From Eutreptiella sp. 'Long Island Sound 2002' (Eukaryota; Protista; Euglenida), in the NCBI GenBank assembly GCA_964036045.1, contig OZ038378.1, forward strand, positions 20,956,001 to 21,020,000: DNA of 64,000 nucleotides, in the 5' to 3' direction. Of this stretch, positions 9,013 to 17,839 are shown one piece after another (position 1 is the first letter of the stretch; each line of letters opens with the position of its first letter). A program made the position numbers and the translations under genes. The notes under the pieces were generated by a model. That model was not told the DNA's origin and did no database searches. It saw nothing but the letters and a program-made list of their open reading frames with translations.

Positions 9013-10068
9013 TTAGGCAGGGGGGGGGGCTTCTGCGGTCCCAACCTGGCCCTGGCCCTCACCCTTGGCCTGCAACCATGCACCTAAGATGGTAAGTCGC
9101 TGCCGCTTTGGTGCGCCCTCGGAAGAAGGTTTGGGGGCTGGGGCCAAAAGAAACTCAATGCCCCACAAGACACCGTGCGCATGGTACGTGGGTTGCTGGT
9201 CTGTTCTGAAAACCTCACCGTCGGGGGGGGTAACCACCTTTTCCCACGTGCCTGAGGGGGCTTGGTCCCACACCCGCCAGCCGTCCTTTTCCCCGAAAAC
9301 CTCTACCACATGTGCACCTGTGATGGTGGCTCTGAGGGCGCTGTGAATCGTTGCATGTGGGGACTCGCAGAAGGCATCGTTTATGATAACCCTCAAAACC
9401 TCGAACGGAACATGAATAAATGAGAGGGGGGGGGACTGCACGTTGCAGGAAACTACTTTTTTGGACCGCTTCTTGATCTTGGCCTCTTTGAACCAAGTAA
9501 CTACATCGCTCTGGGTCCACTTTAACTCGCGAATGGTACTGTCCGGGTGTGTGGACAGTATTGATTTCAAGTACATGTAATGTACACGCAGCCTCTCTTC
9601 AGATTCCTCTGCAAAGGTCCGGTCCGTGTTGTATTTCGGATCCGGACCAACAATGCAGAGGTTTCTGTATTGTACACCGTACGAGGTCTCATGTTTGCTG
9701 GGGCTTGTCTTGCCCACAGCCTCCCGTGTCGTCAAGACAGGGATTGAAAAATGCTTATGCATAAGCATAGCCAGCAAGGTATCCTTGGGCTGGATGCGGT
9801 ATGCATCAGGGACGACCCTGTCCAAAAAAACCCTTAGCATTCTGGGTTCAATGGTCTCTGACGGCTTATGCCGCAGGCACGGTGCTGCTAGGGCGTGTTG
9901 GAGGCGCGATTGTGTATCACCCGGTTCGGGAACTTCGGTATTGGCTGTGTCCGCGTCAATGAGCTCGCCCTCAAGCTCCAAATCTTGTTCCGGGAGCTGC
10001 TGAACGGGCTGGGGGGGCTGAGCGGACGAAGACGAGGCACTAGCGGCACTGCCTTGACTACCAGACAT
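9013..10068 (-). CDS. Unknown ~351-aa protein with a second copy of the H-x-V...GW-x-V-x-D module
   Basis: ORF 9013..10104; likely start MSGSQ at 10068, downstream of a branch-like cactaat and tccctttttgtgcccag|. Motif HVVEVFGEKDGWRVWD...QQPTYHAHGV. Confidence 0.65.
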   Translation of the reverse strand: MSGSQGSAASASSSSAQPPQPVQQLPEQDLELEGELIDADTANTEVPEPGDTQSRLQHALAAPCLRHKPSETIEPRMLRVFLDRVVPDAYRIQPKDTLLAMLMHKHFSIPVLTTREAVGKTSPSKHETSYGVQYRNLCIVGPDPKYNTDRTFAEESEERLRVHYMYLKSILSTHPDSTIRELKWTQSDVVTWFKEAKIKKRSKKVVSCNVQSPPLSFIHVPFEVLRVIINDAFCESPHATIHSALRATITGAHVVEVFGEKDGWRVWDQAPSGTWEKVVTPPDGEVFRTDQQPTYHAHGVLWGIEFLLAPAPKPSSEGAPKRQRLTILGAWLQAKGEGQGQVGTAEAPPPA

Positions 10069-10460
10069 GTGTGTTGCAGGTGACAAACAGTGTTCTGGGC
10101 ACAAAAAGGGAATACATTAGTGAGTCTACTCAAAGGGGCCTAGGTGAGAAAGCGACACACATGCAAAAAGAAAACCACAAAAGCAGGCACAAAGCATCAC
10201 AAGGCACAAAGGGCAAACATTCAGAAGCTTGAGTACAGTGTTCTCGATGCAAGTTTGTAGGCAAAGCAGCCACCAAGGATCAAACCGGCGTTGCACATGT
10301 CAAAAGCAAAAGTCCAAATTCACAAAGGAGCACAAAGGGGAAGCAATCATAAGCTTGAGCAGAGTGTTCTCCATGCAGTTTTGTATGCAAAGCAGACAAA
10401 GGGTAGACAAACATTAGCTTCAACATGCTGTTCTCCATGGCATCTTGCAGGCAAGGTAGG

Positions 10461-10799
10461 CACCAAGCATCCAACCAAAATTCCACTGGGTTCGGGCTGA
10501 AAAATTTCTTCCGAGCTCCCCCGGCACGGTCGGCTGGGAAGCCCATGGAACATTCCTACCAATATTGGTTACGTTTTGGGACCCGATCTGGCTGCCAAAA
10601 CTTCCGAGCATCTTTCCACCAAGCATCCAACCAAAATTCCACTGGGTTCGGGCTGAAAAATTTCTTCCGAGCTCCCCCGGCACGGTCGGCTGGGAAGCCC
10701 ATGGAACATTCCTACCGATATCGGTTGCGTTTTGGGGGGCCGATCTGGCTGCCAAAACTTCCGAGCATCTTTCCAAGGGTTTTCGAAAACTTCCAAGCG
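10461..10799. repeat. Tandem ~156-bp repeat (~2.2 copies), right-end counterpart of 9-149
   Basis: caccaagcatccaaccaaaattcc occurs at 10461 and 10617; internal sub-motif AAAA(C/T)TTC..CGAGC. Confidence 0.92.
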
Positions 10800-10879
10800 A
10801 CGGACCGAAGCATATCGCATGCACGTCGGTACAGATTTCCTAAAATTGCCACCGGTAACCGGACAATATTGGTCTCTCT

Positions 10880-11266
10880 TTCAATGTTCTATGCCGGGCA
10901 CCGGTGGTACATGTGACGGCAATGTCATCGTTGCCGACAACCATCAGATCCGCAAGGTCACACCCGACAGCACAGTGACCGCTGTTGCTGGCAGTGGTAA
11001 CGCCACTTTTGCTGATGGTCAAGGGTCCTTTGCTCATTTTAAGGATCCTTGGGGCATGCATGTGGATGGCGGCGGCATTATTATCGTGGCCATGAGCAAC
11101 CATCGGATCTGCAAAATCACACCCCACGTCACATTGACCACTCTTGCCCGTTGCAACAGAGCCAATTTTGCTGATACTCCAAGGTTGTCCAGGCATTTTA
11201 ATTTTCCCCTTGGTGTGGTTGTGGATGGTGATGGTAATGTAATCGTGGCTCACATCGAAAACCATT
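10880..11266 (+). pseudogene. NHL-repeat gene fragment, interrupted by a retroelement
   Basis: DGNVIVADNHQIRKVTPD, DPWGMHVDGGG..NHRICKITP and FNFPLGVVVDGDGNVIVAHIENH are NHL repeats with degenerate residues. Confidence 0.85.
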
Positions 11267-11699
11267 GGTTTTGGCATGTGCACGCCCTGCCCTGCACCGC
11301 CCTGCACTGCCCTGCACCCCTCTGCACTGCGCACTGGACATTGACTCTCCAACCAGCTACTGTATTTGCAGGCCCCATGGGGGCACGATGATGGCCTCTG
11401 GCCGCGCGTATAGCGCCACATAGTGCATAGTACCTCACCCCCCCCCGGGCGAGTAGTCCCCCCGAAAGCACAGTCAGAAGAAAAGCATCAACTGAAAAGT
11501 GCAGGGGGGGGGGGGCGGTCAGCCTCAGTCTCTGCCTCTGCCACTGTACCCCCCCCCCTCCCAAAACCTCAGTTTTTATGGAAAACTTCGGTTTTGGCAT
11601 GTGCACGCCCTGCCCTGCACCGCCCTGCACTGCCCTGCACCCCTCTGCACTGCGCACTGGACATTGACTCTCCAACCAGCTACTGTATTTGCAGGCCCC
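11267..11699. repeat. 3-prime terminal repeat block B2-spacer-A2-B1 of the YR retroelement
   Basis: 11267-11376 matches 11590-11699 (110 bp); 11449-11591 matches 16227-16370. Confidence 0.95.
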
Positions 11700-11720
11700 C
11701 TGGGATAAAAAATTTGACTG

Positions 11721-13650
11721 TCATCCTCCCAACCAGACAGGAAGGGGGACCGTGCACGGTCGTACCGCCTTGTCGCGGTCTGCAATAGCCCCCCACGCTG
11801 CCCATTGCGGCGAGCTCACCCACAGGCGCTCTTTCGCCGCCGCCTCGATCACTGCTGCCCTGCCCCCCCTCCCGTCCCATGCTCGGCTGATGGAGTCCGC
11901 TGGATTTAGTGCGGACTGTACCCAGCAGAGGGTCAGCTGCAGCCCCGTCCAGCGGAGGCGGTGGGCTATCCTCCGCAGGATGCGCTGCTGCTGGACCTTG
12001 CCTGCCCCCGCCCTCCCCCAAAGGAGCTGGGCCAGCGCCCCCATGTTGTCCCCCACGAGCACCAGGCGCCGCGCTCGTCGCGCCTGCGCATCGTCCAGCG
12101 CCACCAGCGTCCCCCACAGCTCAGCCGCCTGCTGTGTGGTCACCCACGCCGGGCACAGCGACAGATCCGCCCCCCCCGGTCCCCAAGAGCCGACGCAGTA
12201 GGAGGGGTCAGTCCCCGTGGTAAGGGCACACCTGGCCGCGTCCACAAACACGCGCACTGCTGGCCCCCCTCCGGTAGTGTCCGGCTCCCAGCCCCGGTAG
12301 CACTGGGCTATGGCTTCGCAGAGACCGCGCACCACTGCTGCCGGTATGCGCCAGGCCCAGCGCGGGCCCCAGCGCAGCCATGACCGAGCACCCGCCAGAA
12401 AGCACCCCCCCAGGTTCCCTGGTCGACCCAACCACCCTATCTTCCCTAGTAGCCGCCTCAGGGCGACATAGGTGTATGGCCTGAGGGCCAGCTTCACCCA
12501 TGCCGCCACCACCGCCGCCACCGCCGATGCCGCCGGCGCCACCCTGCACCCTGCAAGGTCCACATCCTTGCCCATCCACCGCAAGGAGCGCTGCGGCGTG
12601 AAGACGGACTTCTCACTGATGAGGAAGCCCGCCTGTCGTAGGAGGCGTGCCGCACTGTCGGTGACAGTGGCCACCTCATCCGGATCATGACCGACAAAAA
12701 GGACGTCATCCAGGTACTGTACCACCACCACCCCCCCCTTCCCCAGGTCCCGCAGCAGGTCGGAAATAAGTGCCTGGACCAGCCCAGGCGCCTGGTGCCA
12801 GCCAAAGGGCACCCGCAGAAAAGCATATGTGTGCCCCTGGGCCGCCACCCGGATGGTGTTCGCCAGGGGGGGGGGGGGGGAGCTCCACACTCCAATAGCA
12901 GTTAGCTATGTCCAGCTTGGTGCCCCACAGCCCCCCCCCCCCTGCCCCACCCACCCTTCCCCCCAGGTCCCTGAGAAGGATGGCCAGGCCCTCCAGCGAC
13001 GGCAGCTTGAAGGGGCGGGCCTTGTACTTGCACCCCCGGTTGAACATCTTCATGTTCACAATCAGGGCGCATTTGCGCTCTGATTTCCACTTGACGAACA
13101 CCTCCGCATTCGCATCCCCCCCCACCACGCTGACCAGGCCCTGGGATGCGAGGGTGGAGAGGAGGGCTGCTACCCGTGGGCAGCGGGAGGGGGGGAGGGG
13201 ATGGACACGCCCCCCCGCCCTGCCAAACTCGGGGTCAGCCCAGTCCTTCCAGACGTGCGGCGGGACTTGTACGCGGCCCGCGTCCCCCAGCCCACGCGCC
13301 GCGAGCTCCACAGTGACGCGCGACTGGTCGTTTAGGCGGGTCGAGGAGCCCCCATCGAGCGGGATTTCGCCCCCCGCCAGGAGGTGCAGTGCCTCCTCCG
13401 CCAGTGCCAGGTCCGCGGCCGCTGCCCTCTCCTTCCACGCCGGGCGATCCACAGCCCACTTGATGGACTCCGCCCACCACGCCTGCAAGAGGGGCAAGAC
13501 ATTGTCAGCAGGGGCCCTCAGGCTGCGCCCCATGTGGCGCGCCGCCGCCTCCAGGTGGTCGTTCCAGTCGAGGCCGCACCTGGCGCACCGGGCAACCGCC
13601 AGCTGCGTCCCCAGCCGCTCCGCTGCGCCGTCTCGCCGGCGCCCCCCCGG
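11721..13650 (-). CDS. Reverse transcriptase / RNase H, with a frame break in a G/C homopolymer at ~12866-12880 (5-prime boundary approximate)
   Basis: TKLDIANCYWSV (frame 12706..15177) joins RVPFGWHQAP...VQYLDDVLFVG, then RNase H motifs VFVDAA, AAELWG, VGDN, NPADSISR (frame 11721..12890). Confidence 0.9.
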
Positions 13651-15595
13651 GTGCCTGGGTGCCTCTGGTGCTTGCCCTTGCCGGCGTGACCCGGGGCACA
13701 GCCGCGGAACGGGGGGCTGCGGCTCGGCGGTCGGCCGCTCCATCTGCGGCCTGCTTGGCTCGGGGCTTTGGGGCGGGCTCAGCCCGCGTTGCCCGCGCTG
13801 CGGGTGCCGACCGGCCGCGGGCCACGGCTCGGTGCACGTAGGCCTTGCGCTGGCCTTCGCGGGGGTGTCTGGCGGCCCTGCGTGCCACCGTGCCGGGCGA
13901 CTCGTCACTGGAGGAGCCCAGTACGATGGTCTCCTGCATGTCGGAATCGCCACGCAGGCCGGTCCCTTGGCCGCCATGGTTCCCAGCGCGGACATCGGGT
14001 GGGGCAGGGGCGGCGCCCGTCCCGTCGGGGCCGCGGGGCCCAAGCGTGCCGAGCGCCCAGAGCTGGTACGCGTGGACCGGCCGGATCTCGACCCCAAATC
14101 CCGGCGTTGGCCAGGGCACATTGTCGGGCAGGAAGAACTCCCATCCAGGGGGCGCGCTGGCATACCTGTTCGCCTCCGCTTCGTTGTCCCATCGGCCAGC
14201 CACCGCGATGCTGGCGATGGCGGCCCCGAACGCCCGCATGGCCGCAGCTCCTCCGCGTCTCCACGCGTGCCACCCCATGGATTCCCACCCCGTGGCAGCC
14301 AGCAAGCCATGGATCGCCGCTTGGAGGTCGAACGCGGCAGCCATAAGCGGCACTGACGCGGGCCTGCTGGACACCCACGGGTGGGCTGCCATCGCCGCGC
14401 GCCATGCTTCGGGCCACGCTCCCAGGCGTACCGTGACCCAGTCGTCGTCCTTCTTGTCATCGAAGAACCCCAGCACGCACCGCTTCCGCAGGTCCACGGG
14501 CCGTACGCTGGTTGCTTCGCCCACCCTGAGGAGAGTGGCGAAGGAGATGACGGCAAGGCCCAGGCAGAACCAGTCGAGGGTGGTCCTGATGCTCCGCGCC
14601 ATGAGTCGGAGGGTGACCAGCTCGGCCCATACTTGAGTGGGTCGTGGCGCGGCAGTGGTGGTGGCGGCACCTCGTGCCATGAGCCAGTGCACGGGCCGCA
14701 CCGTGGGTCGTATGCATTCCAGCTTCTCCGCCAGGCGAAGGGCTGATATGACGCCTCGTAGCGTCCCAGGCTGCTGGCCCATGGCGGCGCGTCGGACGAG
14801 GTACTGGGACAGTGCCCCCGCCGCGTCCAGCTCGGGCCAGTGCGCCGCGAACCGGCCCACATCCCTGAGGATTGCTGTCCACCGCTCCACGGTTCCAGGG
14901 GACCACCGCCGGATGGCCAGCGCGAGGGGCTCCTCCATGTAGTTGCCCCACCATAGGCTGTCCACTGCCAACCCCGCGTATCGGAGGTCGAGTGCCCCGC
15001 CCCCTTCGTCATCGGCGCCCCCCTCGCCGGCGGGCCCATCCCCGGCGCTGGCGCCAGGTTCTTCAGCAGCTGGCCGGCGCTGGGGCCGGCCCGGCCGGAA
15101 AGGGCTGGGGGGCCTGGGCAGGCGGCGCCGGGCACGGGCCGCCCACGGCCCAGTGGTTGCGGCCACACCGAAAACATGGGTACGGGGGGGGTCCAGTCGC
15201 GTCATAGGTGCGGCCCGTGTTGTGCGCTGTGTACAGGCTCTGGCTACCCACGGTACTGAACCCCCCCCGGTACGAGCCCGCGACGGAGCCGGCGACGGAG
15301 GGGGCCCGCCCCTGGGTACCACTGGCACAGTCCCTGGCCCAGTGTCCGTGCAAGCCACAGCGGAAGCATGCCCCAGGGGGGGCAGGGGCCGGGGCCTGCG
15401 CCTGAGCCGGCGCCTGAGTCTGGGTCTGCGCCTGGGTCTGCGCCTGGGTCTGACTCGGCGTAGGCTGCTGGGCTTGGGCGTACCATCCCTGTGGCGCTGG
15501 CCGCGCCGCCGCCCCAGCAGGGTGGGTGGGCGTAGGCTGGCAGTCCCTGTAGACCACCTTCCACAGCGTTTCCACAACCGCATTGCCCCTCCCAA
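13505..15595 (-). CDS. Tyrosine recombinase (recognisable homology ~14130-14950)
   Basis: FATLLRVGEA (catalytic R), WHAWRRGGA (H-x-x-R) and AGRW...ANRY (W/H and catalytic Y). Confidence 0.9.
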   Translation of the reverse strand: MGGAMRLWKRCGRWSTGTASLRPPTLLGRRRGQRHRDGTPKPSSLRRVRPRRRPRRRPRLRRRLRRRPRPLPPLGHASAVACTDTGPGTVPVVPRGGPPPSPAPSRARTGGGSVPWVARACTQRTTRAAPMTRLDPPRTHVFGVAATTGPWAARARRRLPRPPSPFRPGRPQRRPAAEEPGASAGDGPAGEGGADDEGGGALDLRYAGLAVDSLWWGNYMEEPLALAIRRWSPGTVERWTAILRDVGRFAAHWPELDAAGALSQYLVRRAAMGQQPGTLRGVISALRLAEKLECIRPTVRPVHWLMARGAATTTAAPRPTQVWAELVTLRLMARSIRTTLDWFCLGLAVISFATLLRVGEATSVRPVDLRKRCVLGFFDDKKDDDWVTVRLGAWPEAWRAAMAAHPWVSSRPASVPLMAAAFDLQAAIHGLLAATGWESMGWHAWRRGGAAAMRAFGAAIASIAVAGRWDNEAEANRYASAPPGWEFFLPDNVPWPTPGFGVEIRPVHAYQLWALGTLGPRGPDGTGAAPAPPDVRAGNHGGQGTGLRGDSDMQETIVLGSSSDESPGTVARRAARHPREGQRKAYVHRAVARGRSAPAARATRAEPAPKPRAKQAADGAADRRAAAPRSAAVPRVTPARASTRGTQAPGGAPARRRSGAAGDAAGGCPVRQVRPRLERPPGGGGAPHGAQPEGPC

Positions 15596-16226
15596 CGGGG
15601 TCTTCCGCTTTGAGCCAGGTGCTCAAGGCCTGGACGAGCTCCTGCTGCCAGAGCAAGGGAAGTTGCCCCGCGGCTATCTTGGCTAGCTCTCCCTCGGATA
15701 GGGGTGGTACCTTTGGTAGCTGGAGCTCCCGAATGCGAGCCTCCAGCCGTCGTATCTCCGCCTGCTCCGGGGACCCCTGCGGCTCCCGCGGCTGGTCTTT
15801 CGGCGTCTCCTCTGCCTGCTCCCAGGCAGGCGGGCTGGGCTGCGGCACCGCCTTCCACGCAGCTGCCTCGACGTCGAGCCGCAGGTCCGTTGATCGCTCA
15901 AAGAGGGCCATGTATATGAGGGCCGTCGGGGCGTCAAGCCCGCCGCCGGCCCACTCCGCCGCCCGATCAACGCCCGCCACGGACAGGCCATCCTCCATCA
16001 GCCGCTCCTGGTACCGGGCAGCCATGATGCCGGCGTCCGCGCTGTCCAGGAACCCGTACGCGGTAGCCGCTGCGTGATCTCGCCACCGCTCCCAGCGTGC
16101 GTACTCGGGGGTCTTGACGGGGTCCAGGTCCATGTCGTCCCGGTTGAAAGCCAGCCTGTCCCGCTTTGCCCCGCGGCTCTCCCCACCAGCCGCGTCCGAT
16201 GACCCATTCGATGTGTCCCCCGGCAT
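15063..16226 (-). CDS. Gag-like protein with zinc knuckles, 387 aa
   Basis: CFRCGLHGHWARDC (CCHC) and CFRCGRNHW...C; the ATG abuts repeat A1. Confidence 0.85.
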   Translation of the reverse strand: MPGDTSNGSSDAAGGESRGAKRDRLAFNRDDMDLDPVKTPEYARWERWRDHAAATAYGFLDSADAGIMAARYQERLMEDGLSVAGVDRAAEWAGGGLDAPTALIYMALFERSTDLRLDVEAAAWKAVPQPSPPAWEQAEETPKDQPREPQGSPEQAEIRRLEARIRELQLPKVPPLSEGELAKIAAGQLPLLWQQELVQALSTWLKAEDPVGRGNAVVETLWKVVYRDCQPTPTHPAGAAARPAPQGWYAQAQQPTPSQTQAQTQAQTQTQAPAQAQAPAPAPPGACFRCGLHGHWARDCASGTQGRAPSVAGSVAGSYRGGFSTVGSQSLYTAHNTGRTYDATGPPPYPCFRCGRNHWAVGGPCPAPPAQAPQPFPAGPAPAPASC

Positions 16227-16370
16227 GCGAGTAGTCCCCCCGAAAGCACAGTCAGAAGAAAAGCATCAACTGAAAAGTGCAGGGGGGGGGGGGGCGGTCA
16301 GCCTCAGTCTCTGCCTCTGCCACTGCACCCCCCCCCCTCCCAAAACCTCAGTTTTTATGGAAAACTTCGG
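16227..16370. repeat. 5-prime terminal repeat A1 of the YR retroelement
   Basis: Matches 11449-11591 with about one substitution plus homopolymer length variation. Confidence 0.95.
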
Positions 16371-16427
16371 ATCCGCAAGATCACACCGGATGGAACAATG
16401 ACCATGCTAGCGGGCAGCAGTATTTGA
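16371..16427 (+). pseudogene. Continuation of the interrupted NHL repeat
   Basis: atc cgc aag atc aca ccg gat gga (IRKITPDGTMTMLAGS) resumes the frame of ...IENH at 11265. Confidence 0.8.
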
Positions 16428-16550
16428 TGTTACCAAGACGTTCCCCAACTCTAAAAAAAGACAAAGAAACGGGGTGTTACACCCAAAACCCCAAAATGGT
16501 TGTTCCCGGCAGGGTGTTGCCACTCCTCTCCCTTGGGTACCCTGGACTTT

Positions 16551-16672
16551 GGGATTGCAGCCCATCCCTACGCAGGCATACAAATATGGAGCAGTTGGAC
16601 TCTCGGATTGCAGTCCATCCCTACATAGGCATACAAAGGTGGATCGGTTGGACTCTGGGATTGCAGTCCATA
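16551..16672. repeat. Short tandem repeat, ~55-bp unit, ~2.3 copies
   Basis: ggattgcag(c/t)ccatccctac...ggcatacaaa...ttggactct is repeated. Confidence 0.8.
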
Positions 16673-16774
16673 GCATAAACATGCACACCAACACGGAACC
16701 ATTTCTTATTATTCACGCCCACCAGTTTTGTAATAACCAATTCCAGAAGTCGTGTGCATAATAATGCATAATAC

Positions 16775-17650
16775 TTACTTGCTTGCAACGTGGCAAACAA
16801 CACACGCCAACACATCTACCTTGTTCCCCCAAACAAACAGACCATACCTGCGGCAAACAGCCCTGAGTTCACACAACACCCACTCATGCATGGTGCCATC
16901 TTGCATAGATGCAGCAAGCGTTGCATCCACATTATACAGAAACCATCCTGAAGGAATGGGGGGATCCTTCTTGGGTTGTTGCATAGCTTTAAAAATTGTT
17001 GTGGGCTGGATAAGGTCTTCCTCAACTTCAGAGTCTGGATCCCCCTCCCTGCCATACAACTCTTCAATTTCAGAAATTTCAAGGTCTTGTGTGCGTACAA
17101 TCTCTTCGGCGGGTTTAAACTCCTCCACATCACAGGCGACTGAAAAATTTTTGAATGCTTCAAAGCAAAGCAACGTGTTATCCTCAACGTCTACAATGTG
17201 CCGTCGCACACGACGTCGTGGTCTAAATTGCGTGCCACGCAGCTCAGCAAACACTTCACCTGGACACCACTCTTCAACACTTGGCCCATTACACCAAACC
17301 CACAGGACCTCGCACATACGTTGCGTGCTTTGGCCGTGGTCATGGGATGTCACAAAGGAAAAAACACGCTCACATGAGCAAGATGATGCCTCCATCCAAT
17401 TTGGGCGCCCTCTTGCTGCACCCATACCCCCCTAGCAAAGCGCTCCTGCAAGTCTGAAATGAGGGAAGTTTAGAAAATGTATGCGAGCACCTTGAAAGGG
17501 AGAGACAGCGGGATCATAGCCAAGATGCTGCTCCCACCCACCATCAACCAGTTTGCGCTTCATGTACATCAATTGGGAGCACAAAGCATTGACCATCCCA
17601 CAGACAAAGTCCACTTTCAGGCCGTGTCTGTGCTGAGCGTTCTTTGAAGT
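16775..17650 (-). pseudogene. Disrupted ORF ending in a SAP-like domain; possible TE remnant
   Basis: The C-terminus HEWVLCELRAVCRRYGLFVWGNKVDVL resembles the SAP consensus; an upstream piece (17432-17614) ends in a stop just before this ORF. Confidence 0.4.
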
Positions 17651-17839
17651 GACACAGAAAAAACACCCACAAAAAAAGCGGCAGAAACAGAAAAAATCTC
17701 ATGACGCACAGCTTCCAACAAATCTTTTGCTTTCCGTTTGCGACTTGTGTCTATTTGTAATGCAATATATTCCAGCACATGCTACACGGCTAGCATAGTG
17801 TCCAATTCTCTGGACATGGCCTCCACCCACCGCACCCCA

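Larger units (their letters stand above)
9..10799 (-). mobile_element. Putative large multi-ORF DNA transposon (CMC/Transib-like); true left end may lie outside the window
   Basis: Five same-strand ORFs including a DDE transposase, internal 149-bp tandem arrays, and a shared ~140-bp repeat at both ends. No TIR or TSD could be identified. Confidence 0.65.
11267..16370 (-). mobile_element. Tyrosine-recombinase (DIRS-order) retrotransposon, VIPER/TATE/Ngaro-like, with split direct repeats
   Basis: On the minus strand: A1 (16370-16227), gag, YR, RT/RH, B1 (11699-11590), A2 (11591-11449), spacer, B2 (11376-11267). The repeat copies are near-identical. Confidence 0.92.

Noticed and set aside
9265-9369. 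Transglutaminase-like C-H-D triad (FCES..AH..WD) in the 9013 ORF
   Set aside because: The Cys-His spacing is short, and the paralogous motif in the neighbouring ORF fits the Ulp1 H-D-Q-C order better. It is kept only as an alternative.
11689-16249. Numerous plus-strand and alternative-frame ORFs, such as 12908-14356
   Set aside because: They are GC-rich shadows of gag, YR and RT with no independent motifs.
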